64,000 nt of DNA from Carpediemonas membranifera BICM. Its lineage: Eukaryota > Protista > Fornicata. Position numbers and translations under genes: made by a program. Location: contig JAHDYR010000003.1 in the NCBI GenBank assembly GCA_019828565.1, positions 124,001-188,000 on the forward strand, given 5' to 3'. Shown one piece after another: positions 1-11,200 of the stretch. Under the pieces are notes generated by a model. It was given only the letters and a program-made list of their open reading frames with translations. It was not told the origin of the DNA and ran no database searches. The first letter of the stretch is position 1, and each line of letters opens with the position of its first letter.

Positions 1-24
1 TGAGGTGGCGGGTTATGGGCGGAC

Positions 25-312
25 GAACAGGCTTGGGAAGAGGAGGGGGATGTCGGCTGAGGGATCGGGGAAGAGAACGCGGGCACCGTTGCAGTAAAGG
101 CGAAGCTCCTCGAGAGATGGAAAGGAAGAGAGATCAGTGAGTTTGAGTTTGTTGTCTGAAGCATCAAGAGTGTGCAGGCTGGTGAAAAGTTGGAGGTCGT
201 CGGCTTTCACGGACGTGTAACCCAGGGATGTGAGATTAAGAGTCTCTACATCAGCTGGATCATCTGCAGAGGCTATAGCGTTTATCTCAAACCCAGTGAG
301 CGTCTTGCGCAT
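25..312 (-). CDS. Leucine-rich repeat protein, XRRA1-like; first exon only, gene runs off the window start
   Basis: LRR units VETLNLT, LHTLDASDNKL, FPSLEELRLYCNG resemble the XRRA1 N-terminus as recalled. The apparent stop lies in a probable intron starting GTCCGC at 24 and reaching CTCA at the window edge. Confidence 0.65.
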
Positions 313-443
313 GAAATATGAAAGAACAGGGATGGTGGCTTGGGCAAACCTGCGTCCTCACAAACCAGGACCCCACAGCACACCGGGCAGCGCCCCCCAC
401 GCCCCCATGCCAATGATACTGGAGCTTTATATCTACAGAGGCG

Positions 444-1614
444 CTAGACTTGGATGGCGCCCTCGCTGTCGCTTGACTCGTCGCCACGCTGCAGCCGCAT
501 TGTCCGCCGCCGTTCGTCGCGATCTCGCTGCTTAGCGTTATGTCTCTTGACGAAGCTGGCTCTAATGATCATGATGGTGTGAGAGATGGCAAGCAGGGTA
601 ATCTGCAGCGAGTACACGTTCATACCGCTCAGATAGAACATCTCGGACGTGTCATCCATGAAGTACTGGCATACTAGGGCATCGTCGTCCGTTTTGTAAA
701 AGACCAGGATGATTAGAATCACACTTGTGATGATCATGCAAATTGACGCAATCGGATCTGTGTAAGAAGGCGGAATGGAACAAACAGGGCAGGATGAAGC
801 TGAGAATGAGACTAATGTAGTTCACACGGACCGATTTGCTGGACTGGCGGGACTTGGCCATGGCGTGGACCACGAGGAAGAACAGTGTCACCTGTATGAT
901 GACGCAGATCGTCATGATAGTGATGCGGACGAACGCAGAGCCCTGTCGCATTGCATTGGGGTCCTCAAATATGTAGTGAACGGCGATACTCGTGTGGTCG
1001 TCTATGAATATGAATGCCTTGTGGATGTAGCTAAAGAAGACGCGGCATACGATGACAACGACGCCTGTGCCGATCGACACGGCCCACTCCCAGGCTGGAA
1101 CAACAAAGATGCGGCGCCGGGTCAGCTTGAGGAGCTTGTCCGAAGAGATGCAGAGCCGGACCCTGTAGAGGAACACGGACGTCGTCATGGACAGCATGAT
1201 GCCCATGTAGAACAGAAGGGATGCGATGAAGCGAACAAAGTTGTCGTCGAAAGACATGGGCACCGTCACCCATTTCGACTGGGCAAATTCCTCGCAACTG
1301 TTGCCAGGATCCAGATTGTGGTCGTAGCCGATGCACCAGGTGTTGTAGTAGGCTTCGTAGACGACGTTGACCGGGTTTGTCGCGAGGAGCATTGAAAGAC
1401 CCCACACATCGAGGATAAGGTTGATCCGAGCAAAATAAGGCTTGCGGCGGATGTCTTTTGGAGATAGTATGTAGAAAAAGGTGAATATGAACGCACAGAC
1501 GAACGCTGGGACCTGTGCCAAGAGGGAAATGACCTCATATATGCACCGGCGGATCCAGGAGTCCACAGCTGCCTCATAGTAGTCATCAAGGGAGAATGGA
1601 CACCAGACTTTCAT
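444..1614 (-). CDS. Seven-transmembrane (GPCR-like) protein, ~380 aa, 2 exons
   Basis: ORFs 652..1614 and 444..737 join in frame (LP-Y-PIASIC) after removing the 28-nt intron 758-785. Seven hydrophobic segments and a charged C-tail. Confidence 0.7.
758..785 (-). other. Spliceosomal intron, 28 nt
   Basis: GTTTGT...CTTAC-ACAG; removal restores the frame. Confidence 0.85.
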
Positions 1615-1939
1615 TCTGTACGGTTGTGCAAGGCGCTTCGACGCGTTTTGAAGCCTTGACGCCGTTCGAAATCATTGGAAAATACATGATACATGAACAG
1701 ATCATAAATGAAGTGCCGACCTGAATGCAGGTGTCAAGGACAGCATGCCCATTGCCACCGAGCTCGCTGACCTCAACGAGGCGATGCTTTTCTCGGAGTA
1801 GTCAACATCGCTTGCCATTCTTACTTTGAGCCGTCCCGCGCGTTCCCACCAATCAAGCCATCATATACCGCTCCACGGAACCCTTAAAACAGGTTTATAT
1901 ACATAAAGCGAAGCATAGTAACAATATGTACACGTCCGC

Positions 1940-3784
1940 CTACACAACTGCTCGAGTCAGCCTAATGTCGTCCGCCTTGGCAAAAGCTGCCGTGAACTCC
2001 AGCACAGCAGCGGGCATAGTGATCAGCGGACCCAAGTCGGGGCTGACCCCGAGCAGGCTGCCCGTGTTGTCGCCCAGACCGAGCCAACAGACGTCGGTCT
2101 TGATCCAGCACCGCTTGCCATTGTATTTGACAGCGCGGGCCTCAAAGGGGATCTCAAAGCACTGACCGTACGGCCCGACTCCAAAAGACCCGTGACCGTC
2201 GGCCCTGACAAATACCCAAATCAGATCTGTCCGAATAAACACGATTTTCGGATTATGTGTGAGACTGAGCACGACCGGAGTTACAATAACGTCACCTTCG
2301 TTGTGCGGCAGGAAGTACGTTGCATGAGTAATCACCTGCCCGGCGTACAGCAGCGTTTCTCCCGAGAGGAATACCGTAAACGTCATGATGCCCCACAAAT
2401 CATCGACTGGGAACGGTATCTCAGTGAACACGTGCACGTCCTCGGTATGTCCCAGGCCGAGCTGGCCCATGTCGTTCTTACCCGCCACGAACACGCGACA
2501 TCCCTGCATCAGCGCCATGCTCACCCAGGTGCTTCGGTGTTGGGTTGGAGTAAAACTCTCCGGCAGGGCGAGCGGCCTGTACGTTGAGACCATGGGCTGC
2601 TCCAGCTCAAGGCCGAGCCGGCCGTGGTGGTTGCACCCGGCGATTACTGTGCCGACTGGAGTGACCATAACCTGCGTTATGATCTGGAACATGTCGATGA
2701 CGAGCTCATGCTTGTGCCATGGCGGGAGGGAGGCCTCGTACGCTGCCACGTGCGGGGCGTCAGGGAAGTAGACGCGGCGGGGTGTGACGTGCCGGGTGCT
2801 CCCGCCGAGTCCGAGCCCGAGGAACATGTTACGCCCCCAGCTGTAAATACCATGGTTGGGGGTTGTAGCGGTGCTGATGTTGCCGTCAGCGTACAGCTTG
2901 GCGATGGGCGGGCAGCGGACCCGTCGGTATGAGGGGAAGAGCTCGCATTCGCCCAGCCCCGTCTCACAGAAGACAGACTCGCCGCGGGCAAAGACCCGGC
3001 CAGCGTAGTGGCGAAAATTCACCTCGTTTGCGGCGAAGAAGTAGCCCTCCTTCTCTCCGACGGCGCGGCAGAAGGCGAACTTCTTGCAGAGGAACCAGAG
3101 GGCCCGCCCTGCCCCCTCCTCCTCCCACGGGAGCTCCTCTGGCGCACTCTCCTCGCTCATACTCGACTCTGAGTCGTCGTAGTCATCAGAGCTTTCTTCG
3201 TCGGGGTCCGAAGAGTTCTCAGACTCCTCAGAGGTGGGCAGGGCGAGTGGCACTGAGGGGACGAGTCGGTCGTCAGCCTCGGCCCCGCCCTGCATGAGTA
3301 TGGCCCACAGCGTGCCCTGGAGCAGGGTATGGAGCCGCACGGGCAGGTCCTCGCCGAGAGCCAGAGGAATGTTCATGCTTAGCTCGGGGCCGTTCGTGAC
3401 TATGGATATAGCACGATCAAGGAAGACCTGGGCTCTGGGCTTGTACGCTGGGAGAGAGGTGAGGACACTCCTTAGTTCAGTAATGATCCGATCGTCGTCG
3501 TCTGCGACATTAGCGTTGGTGGAAGCGACAGGTAGCATCTGGCCATACTGAATACTGAACGTGTGGGCTAGAAGAGTTGGGATGTCGCCGGGAATGCGGT
3601 GCGCAGCGATGAGGGAGAAATGAAAAGCGGCAATCAGAGCTGATCTTTCGTCGGAGATCTCTTGGTTACTGGAGAGTTCCTTTGAGCCATCACGAAGCGT
3701 ATTTGCCTCGTTGCTCGCCGTGCTCATCCCAACAATGCTGAGTTTTCGGCCACCCGATTTCGATTCTGACCTCGATGGAGTCAT
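1940..3784 (-). CDS. RCC1/BLIP-II beta-propeller protein with acidic linker, 614 aa
   Basis: RCC1 repeats YSWGRNMFLGLGLG, AGCNHHGRLGL, VAGKNDMGQLGLGH, GLGDNTGSLLG. Confidence 0.85.
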   Translation of the reverse strand: MTPSRSESKSGGRKLSIVGMSTASNEANTLRDGSKELSSNQEISDERSALIAAFHFSLIAAHRIPGDIPTLLAHTFSIQYGQMLPVASTNANVADDDDRIITELRSVLTSLPAYKPRAQVFLDRAISIVTNGPELSMNIPLALGEDLPVRLHTLLQGTLWAILMQGGAEADDRLVPSVPLALPTSEESENSSDPDEESSDDYDDSESSMSEESAPEELPWEEEGAGRALWFLCKKFAFCRAVGEKEGYFFAANEVNFRHYAGRVFARGESVFCETGLGECELFPSYRRVRCPPIAKLYADGNISTATTPNHGIYSWGRNMFLGLGLGGSTRHVTPRRVYFPDAPHVAAYEASLPPWHKHELVIDMFQIITQVMVTPVGTVIAGCNHHGRLGLELEQPMVSTYRPLALPESFTPTQHRSTWVSMALMQGCRVFVAGKNDMGQLGLGHTEDVHVFTEIPFPVDDLWGIMTFTVFLSGETLLYAGQVITHATYFLPHNEGDVIVTPVVLSLTHNPKIVFIRTDLIWVFVRADGHGSFGVGPYGQCFEIPFEARAVKYNGKRCWIKTDVCWLGLGDNTGSLLGVSPDLGPLITMPAAVLEFTAAFAKADDIRLTRAVV

Positions 3785-3984
3785 TTCGAAAGAAATTGAG
3801 ACCGAATTTGTTGGTTCTCGTCAACCTAAAGTCGAATATTCGGCAGTTATTGCCGGCCAGACGGGTTTCCTCTCCACATCACGTTTGATTTGCGGTCAAC
3901 CTGACCCAATTGAGAACCAGGACCGGACTACAAGCATTTAAAGTGGCATTTAATAGCGCCAGCCGAGTACAAACCACTCGCACC

Positions 3985-6153
3985 TCATGCCTGCCTGGCC
4001 TCCTTGATGAAGTCCACGCCACCCCGCATCACGACACCCTCTGCCACTCGAGCCACGCAGGCCAGAGCACCTCGGACGGCACACGGGAAGCAGCCAGGCT
4101 CGGTCTCAAGCGACTCTGGCGGATCGGCGGGCACGAGGTCGAGCTTGGAGAGGTAGTACCGTGTCACCGCGAGCAGGGGGTTGCCGACGAGCCGGGGTTG
4201 GGGGTCGGGCCCGGCGAGGAGGGTCAGGCCGGCCTTGGTGGCGATGGCGCTGGGGCTGGGTTCCTGCCCGAGCGACAACAGGGCCCTGTAGCCCTGGTAC
4301 ATCATGAAGAGGGCCGTGATGACGTCGTCGCCGTCGACGTCGCACTTGGCCACGAAGTCGTCGAGCACCCGGAGCACGCTCGAGACGGAGACGTCGCCGG
4401 GCACTGGGAAAGAAGGCTCAGATACGGCCTCTGGGAGGTCGAGCACGGTCTGCAGCGCGATGAACGCCTCGGCCATGCGAAGGTCCTTGGCCTCGCCCCC
4501 GTCGCGCTCATCACCGGGGCTGGCCTGGCCCTCCTCAGGGGCATCGTCTGTTAGGGTCTCAGCGGGCTCATCTCCGCTCTCAGACTCGCTCTCGCTGTCC
4601 TCAGCGGGCGTGAATACTGGCGTGCTGAGGTCCCCGGTGCCCTGTGGCGTGTCGACATGCGGAGTCTCATCCTTCTCTGGGGCCTTGCTCTCAGTCTCAG
4701 CCTGCTCACGGCCACGGGCCCGACCCCCAGGAGCAGTCGCCGGCGGCGGTGGTTTCTCCTGGGCAGACTCCTTCCCGTCGTGCCCAACCACCGCCGCCAC
4801 GGATGTGGGGGCAGTCACACCCCTGCCAGCCGCACGTCCCCTCGACCCGCGCCTTGCCCCCTGCCGCATGGGCGTGGCATTCTTCGCCTCCATCACATCA
4901 TCTGCCGATGGAAGGACAAGGCCGGGCGACTCGGCTCTCTTCGGCCGGGTCTCGCGCTCCTTCTTCAGCTCAGCCTGCTTCCTAGCCAAGTTCCGATGCC
5001 GCTCAGACCCGGGCGTCGGTACCTTGCTGCGGTCCGCGGTCCCTGGTCTGGCTCGATGTCCCTCAATCGCCATCGCCCGACCCGCTACGACTGGAATGCC
5101 GTGGGCCTGGAAACCTGGACCATTGCCGTACGCCGAGGACACCCTGCCTGCCACCGCGGGTCCAGCAGACGTCGGCCTGAGTCGAGCCTCGGCCGATCGG
5201 ACGGGTGGTGTTGGTACGGCAGTGCGGAGCATCACCGCGTGCTCGTCGAACCCGGGGTGGCTCTCCCGATAAGTGCTATACCACCCGTGGTGCTCTGATT
5301 GAATCGCTTGGATGCGATGCTTGATGAACGGGTGTGACAAGAGGCCTCGGGCAGTCAGACGGTCGGCCGGGTCAAGGGCGAGCGTTTTTTTCAGAATATC
5401 GTACAGATCTGCGCCAAAAGGATAGGTTTTGATTGTCTCAATATCTTTTGGATACTTACTGACCCTCATCTTGTGCAGCAAGTCATTGATGTCGCGGGCA
5501 GGATAAGGGTATTTTCCGGTCAGCATTTCGTACAGCACACACCCCAGCGAGTATATATCCGCAGCCTTGCGGTATGGCCTTCGTCTCAGCACCTCTGGGG
5601 CCATGAAGTACGGCGTTCCGACCACCGTCTGGGCCATCTCCATGGAGGACGCCAGCTCTCGGGCAATACCGAAGTCGCCGAGTTGGGCTATGTTGTCGCT
5701 CCGTAGGAAGATGTTCTGGGTCTTCAGGTCGCGGTGGAGCACGTTTTTGTCGTGGCAGTAGTATAGTGCATATGTGATCTGGACGAACCAAGTAATAATC
5801 TGGGCAACCTGCGCCTTAGACGGTGTCCGCCGCTCAGCTATGTATCGCTGTATGCGGTCGTGGAGGTCGCCGTTGGAGCAGTAGTCCATGACCATGCAAA
5901 TGTGCGTCTGCTCCTCGTCGTAGAAAACATCGTGAAGCTCTACGATGAACGGGCTGGATAGATTACGGAGGAGACCGGCCTCTTGCAGTGCAGAGTCCTT
6001 AACCTTGGCGGCGTCTTTCACATTGGCAACGAGGATCCGTTTCATGGCAAACTGCTTACCAGTCTTCGTGTCGCGGACAAGAAAGCACGATCCGAAGCTG
6101 CCTTGGCCAATCTTTCTAAGTTGTTGGTAGTTTGAACGTCTGTGAGAATGCAT
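3985..6153 (-). CDS. NEK (NIMA-related) Ser/Thr kinase, 722 aa
   Basis: GQGSFG, AMK, HRDLKTQNIFL, LGDFGIAR, GTPYFMAPE; low-complexity C-terminal extension. Confidence 0.93.
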   Translation of the reverse strand: MHSHRRSNYQQLRKIGQGSFGSCFLVRDTKTGKQFAMKRILVANVKDAAKVKDSALQEAGLLRNLSSPFIVELHDVFYDEEQTHICMVMDYCSNGDLHDRIQRYIAERRTPSKAQVAQIITWFVQITYALYYCHDKNVLHRDLKTQNIFLRSDNIAQLGDFGIARELASSMEMAQTVVGTPYFMAPEVLRRRPYRKAADIYSLGCVLYEMLTGKYPYPARDINDLLHKMRVSKYPKDIETIKTYPFGADLYDILKKTLALDPADRLTARGLLSHPFIKHRIQAIQSEHHGWYSTYRESHPGFDEHAVMLRTAVPTPPVRSAEARLRPTSAGPAVAGRVSSAYGNGPGFQAHGIPVVAGRAMAIEGHRARPGTADRSKVPTPGSERHRNLARKQAELKKERETRPKRAESPGLVLPSADDVMEAKNATPMRQGARRGSRGRAAGRGVTAPTSVAAVVGHDGKESAQEKPPPPATAPGGRARGREQAETESKAPEKDETPHVDTPQGTGDLSTPVFTPAEDSESESESGDEPAETLTDDAPEEGQASPGDERDGGEAKDLRMAEAFIALQTVLDLPEAVSEPSFPVPGDVSVSSVLRVLDDFVAKCDVDGDDVITALFMMYQGYRALLSLGQEPSPSAIATKAGLTLLAGPDPQPRLVGNPLLAVTRYYLSKLDLVPADPPESLETEPGCFPCAVRGALACVARVAEGVVMRGGVDFIKEARQA

Positions 6154-6277
6154 GTCTCACGATCAACGCTCGTTGGGTTTTGGCATTTACGACCTGCAAA
6201 ATAAGAACCTAGATGGCCACGGCCACGGCCATAGAGCCCTAGTGTCAACCACTGCTTGCACATCTCGCTATATCGGC

Positions 6278-6538
6278 TCACTCTGCGGCTCTAGACAATT
6301 CCCTCATCATACTTGGAATATCACGACGTTGGAAGCGGCCAATGACCTCCTCGCGCTTTGCATCCATCCGTACAATCACATGCTCCGGCAATGACGGATC
6401 GCTGGTGAGCGAGGCGATGATTTGAAGGTTGTCCGCGAGCTCCTCGATCCAGAGGTCCTCAATGTCCTCGGGGCGAATGCCAGCTGCTAGTACCGATTTC
6501 GGGGCTGGCTTTCCGCGATTGGGAGAGTTTCTGTTCAT
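6278..6538 (-). CDS. Small hypothetical protein, 86 aa
   Basis: ATG-initiated ORF filling the gap between two genes, with protein-like composition; no motif recognised. Confidence 0.45.
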   Translation of the reverse strand: MNRNSPNRGKPAPKSVLAAGIRPEDIEDLWIEELADNLQIIASLTSDPSLPEHVIVRMDAKREEVIGRFQRRDIPSMMRELSRAAE

Positions 6539-6671
6539 TTCGGATCGAAACCGAGACAGCTTCGCTCACGTTTGTGGCAAAACTGCTCTCTCAAGGTGGA
6601 GCTCTGCCACAAGAACTGCCCATGACACCAACATAATAGACATAAGTAACATTTACCGAGCTCTGGTCCGA

Positions 6672-7739
6672 TCAGAACTCGTCCTCCTCACACGAGTAAA
6701 AAGCGTCCGAATCTGACGGGTCCGCTTCACTCTCAGCCTCAACACTCTCACTACCACTGTCGTCAGACCATCCCTCGTCGTCACTGTCATCCGACATGTC
6801 CGGATTCATCGCCTGAAGCCGGCGGGCAAGGGCCTTCGCCAGGTCGTTATCAATCGAGTTCTCAACCGGCGCCTTGATGGGGGTCCCGCCCGGAGACCGC
6901 TGGCCGTTGGTGCGGCGGAGGGTCACCCCGAGTCGGATGGAGTCGAGCAGCGAGGGTGTGCCGACCTGGGGAGAGGACACTGACCGCTGGTGCCCGGCCC
7001 GCTCGGATCTCTGCTTGATGGCGCTGTTGAGCTCGTTGACGGAGAAAGGCATGGGTGGCCGCTTCGGGGTCTGGGCGGCAGGCATCGTCGTTGGCATGGG
7101 CGGCGGGGGCGGCGGGGCAGGAGCAGCGGGAGCAGCCTTGGGGGCAGCGCTGGGCGTGTTGACAGGCTTGTCCTGCTCGACATCGACGTCGACTGGCTTC
7201 TTAGGCTTGGCCGAATCGATCGTGGTCTTCAGGAGATCCTCGAGCTCCTCGAGACGCTGCTTGAGGACATCCTGCTCGGCCTTCCAGTCCGCCTCGGACC
7301 ACTCCGCGGGCTTCTGCACCTGGAGGGCGTTCTTGATCATCTGACGAAGCATCTTGTTCGGGACCAGAGTCTTACCGAGACTCGGCTTCTTGGACTTCTT
7401 CTTGGAATGGTGGTGGGAGGTGCCGCGCTTCGTCTTGGACTTGCCGTTCTTGCTCTTCTTGGTCTTCTTGAAGAGCTTGGGGGTGAGGGCCTTGCTGATG
7501 TCGTGCATTTCGTGCTTGAATCCGATTCTGCGGGCCTCCCAACTGTTCTTGCGCTTCTTACCGCCAATGGCACGGTTAAGCTGGACGAGAGCCCCAGCAT
7601 TTTGATAAGCAAGCAATTCCGGCATCAATTTCGCCAGAGCAGCCTGAGTTTCGTCCGAGCAGTCGTCTGCAGATGCATTCTGCTTTCCAACGAGGCTTGA
7701 AGGCGTCGAGGGATCAATTTGAGCAGGGAGAGACGACAT
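6672..7739 (-). CDS. Proline-rich WH2-C-A (WASP/WAVE-type) actin nucleation-promoting factor-like protein
   Basis: Basic region, coiled coil, poly-Pro, WH2 (SLLDSIRLGVTLRRT), central helix (NDLAKALARRLQAM), acidic segment with Trp (SDDSDDEGWSDD). First ATG at 7739. Confidence 0.75.
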   Translation of the reverse strand: MSSLPAQIDPSTPSSLVGKQNASADDCSDETQAALAKLMPELLAYQNAGALVQLNRAIGGKKRKNSWEARRIGFKHEMHDISKALTPKLFKKTKKSKNGKSKTKRGTSHHHSKKKSKKPSLGKTLVPNKMLRQMIKNALQVQKPAEWSEADWKAEQDVLKQRLEELEDLLKTTIDSAKPKKPVDVDVEQDKPVNTPSAAPKAAPAAPAPPPPPPMPTTMPAAQTPKRPPMPFSVNELNSAIKQRSERAGHQRSVSSPQVGTPSLLDSIRLGVTLRRTNGQRSPGGTPIKAPVENSIDNDLAKALARRLQAMNPDMSDDSDDEGWSDDSGSESVEAESEADPSDSDAFYSCEEDEF

Positions 7740-8222
7740 TTCCTGCCTTGCGTATTCTGAAAGTCGGGTCAAATTTCCAGTCGACTGCGGTCTCCCGAGT
7801 CTTGAACTAGGATGCTCGGACAGCCACCTTACACCCTATTGGACCGGACAGGTGCCGCTCTATATTTTCAGGGTCTCCCATGTGTTCTGATGGATCTCTC
7901 ACATTCGTCGCTGGAGCAGCGTTGGGTTAAATACATGGCGCTTTTGCATTGCGAGGTCTGTCAGAGGGACCAGGAGGGGGGAGCTAATAGACAAAAAGTC
8001 ATCATCAAGAAAAGAATGCTCCTTAAACTGCACTTTCGGAAGAATTCGATTCAATCGAAAGAGTAGCATCATTCAGCAGTAGCTCCCGGTCCAGCCGGCA
8101 TGCAGGGCTACACACACTATATCCTCAGCATAGTAATACTGCGATCAGATGCTGGGGAAAGAGGTTGACCCAAGGCTATTTTCCTGGTCGACAACACTCA
8201 TCAATATCAAACTTTACTCAGA

Positions 8223-11200
8223 TTACCACTTCTTCAGGCCTTCCACGCGCTCAGCCATCCATGCTGTCGACACCGCAGCCGGGTCATCGTCGCGGTCAAG
8301 TGCCTCGAGATACTCACGGACTCGTCCGTCGAGATGCTGTGCGCTGAACCGCTCGACGCGACGGATGAGCTCGTCGTCGTACTCGTCGTCAGGCGCCTGG
8401 TCGGCGTCGCTGTCAGTCTCTTCGGCCACGACAACCATGGGCTTAACCTGCGTCACAGAAACCGGCTGGGCGGGCTCTGCAGCAGGCTGGGTGGCGGTGT
8501 AGCCCTCGCGGAGGAGGGCCCTCGATGCGGCGGAGGGACTCGAAGAGCTCGGACGTCGACAGGATCTCCAGTAGCTGGGCGCGGTCGATGCCTGCCGTTG
8601 CGGCGACAAGGGCGCCGACGGGTGCGGCGGGAAGTGCCTGGCGCGGCGTGGCGGCCGTCTGCGGTCTTGTGGGGAAGGCGTCGGTCTCATCGTCGTCAGC
8701 GGCGGCGGCCTCAGCCTCGAGATACGCGCGCTCCTCTTCAGCCTGGCGCTCCTCGTCGAGCCGGCGGCGTTCCTCCTCCTCGATGCGAGCGAGCTCGGCC
8801 TGCTCTTCTTCCTCCCGCTTGCGCAGGGACTCGGCAAGCTCCGCCTCAGCCTCCTTGAGCTTCGCCATGCGCTTCCGTTCGCGGCGCTCCTTCAGCTTGT
8901 CCTGCAACATCTGCTGCTGGCGCTGGCGCTCGGAATCTATGACGCGGCCGAGGTTGTCGAGGTCGGCCTGGTGCTTGTCCAGGAGCTGCTTGCGCTGCTC
9001 GGCGGACATGTTGCCGAGCTGGGCCATCTCGGCCTGCTGCTTCTCCTTCTGCTTGTCGATGAGCTGCTGCTTGCGCTTCTCGAGCGCGTCCATGGCCTTC
9101 TCGGTCCGTTCGCGCTCCTTGCTCTCCTGCGCCTTGAGTTCGTCGTCGAACTTGTGCAGCTCCTCGTCAATCTTCTTCTTCTGCTCCTCCTCGTAGTGCT
9201 GGCGCTCATGCTTCAGGCGCTCGAGCTCCTTCTGCTTGGCCTCGTCGATGCGGGTCTGCTCGCTGTCGGCCTGGGGCTGGGTCGATGGGGCCGCGGTGAC
9301 CGCTGCAATCGACGTCGCGTTGCGGAGGGAGTCGTGGTGCTGCTGGAGTTGCGCCCTCATCTCCTGCTCCTGCTTGCGCTTCGCCTCGAGTTCGCGGCGG
9401 GCGCGGGCGGCGTCGAGCTTGGCCCTCATGGCCTCCTTCTGGCGCTGCCGCTCGGACTCTGCCTTGTCCATGGCCGTCTGGGCCTGGGTGTGCAGGCCGC
9501 TGATGAGCCCGGCCACGCGCTTGCCGACGTTCGCGCCGTCCTGGGCGGCCTCCTCGACCTGGGCGTTCCAGCTGCGGAGGACGCGGGTCTGGGCGGCCGC
9601 GGCGGTGTCCATGGCGTGGGCGAGCTCCGCCTCGAGGGCCTGCTCCTCTTCGGCGAGCTGGGTGGCGTTCGTCTCGACGGCCTGTACGGAGTTGATGCGT
9701 TCGCGGACCTCGCGCATGTGGGCGCGGGACAGCTTCTCCTGCTTCTCGCGGCGCTTGGCCTCGATGGCGGCCTTCGACTCGTCAGTCTGGCGGGCCCGCT
9801 CGGCCTGGAGACGCTGCTCCGTGCTGAGGCGGTCCTTCTCGTACTTGTCGAGGATGGCGAGGCGCTCATCGCGGTTGGCGGCCTGGGCCAGGTCAGACTC
9901 CTTGCGGAGGTACAGCGTCTTGAGCTCCTTGTTGCGGCGCCGCTCGATGTCGTTCTCGAGCAGAGTGGCGGCGGTGGCACGCTCCTCCGTCTCGGCGACA
10001 GCCACGACGGCCTGCTCGATGCGCTGCTTCTGCTGGAGCTGGCCGCGCTGCTCCTCCTGCTGGCGGCGCTGGGCCTCGAGGCGCTTACGCTCCTTCATGG
10101 CGGCGACGCGCTTGTCGAGGATGGCCTTCTGGCGGGCCTTCTCGGCAGCCAGCATGCTATCCAGCTCGGTGCGCTGCTTGGAGTGCAGCTCCGCGAGCTT
10201 CTTGGCAGCGGCGGGGTCCGATACGAGGGCCCGCTCCTTGGCCTGCTGCTGCTCGAGCTGGTCCATCGCCGCAGTCGCACGCTCCTCGACCTGCCGGGCG
10301 AAGTCGTTCTCGGCCTGCCGGACGTCGGCCTCGATGTCGGCCGTGATCGCGGCAGTCTCCTCGTGCTGGGCCTGCTTGACCGCCTCAGCGCTCTCGAGCT
10401 GCTGCTTGCGCTCGAGCTCGAGGCGCTTCCGCTGGGCACGGGCGGCGAGCTTGTCCTGGAGGTTCTGCATCTGGTGGGCGCGCTCTGCAGCGAGCTGGGC
10501 GTCGAGCTGCTTCATGCGGCCGTTGTGCTGCTTGAGCAGGGCCTGCTTGTCGGCCTTGGTCTTGGCCTCCTTCAGCCTGTCGTTGAGCAGGGCGGTCGCC
10601 TCCTTGCGCTTGACGCTCTCAGCCTGGTCGAGCTGCTGCTTCATCTGGGACGTCACCTGGGCCGCCTCCTCGTCGAGCACGGACTCCAGGGCGCCCAGGG
10701 CCCGCATGTGGCGGCTGGCCATGTCGGCGTCGTCGTCCGGGACATCGGGCACGTCCATCGTGTCGAGGGGCGAGCGGAGCGCGTCGTCCATCGCCATGCG
10801 GTCCTTGGCAGACAGCTGGCCACTCTCGGCGGACGCAGCCAGACGCATGAGAACGTCCATGAGCTCCTTTGGCAGCATCGCGGTGCCGGCGGCCGGGGCG
10901 GGTGTGGGGTCGACCGCCTGGGGCTTTCTTGAGCTGGCGCAGCTCGTTGACGGACTGCTGGGTGTCCTGCAGCATCGCCTTGGTCTCGTCGCGAAGGAGC
11001 CCGAGCTCCTCCATCTGGAGGGCCGCGTCGGCGAAGGCACGGTCGAGCTGGCCCTGGGCCTCCGAGACGAGCATCGCCACCTGGGCGTCAGCCTTGCTGA
11101 GGACGGCGTCAGGGTCGCGGGACGTGGCCGACTTCTTCTGGGCCTTGACCTGGGCGTCGATGATGCGGCGGGCCTGGCTCTGGAGGGTCTGCATGACGCC

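Noticed and set aside
7780-8220. Possible snRNA/snoRNA in this intergenic gap (also 40450-40830)
   Set aside because: Only short box-like words and no convincing structure; needs an Infernal/Rfam search.
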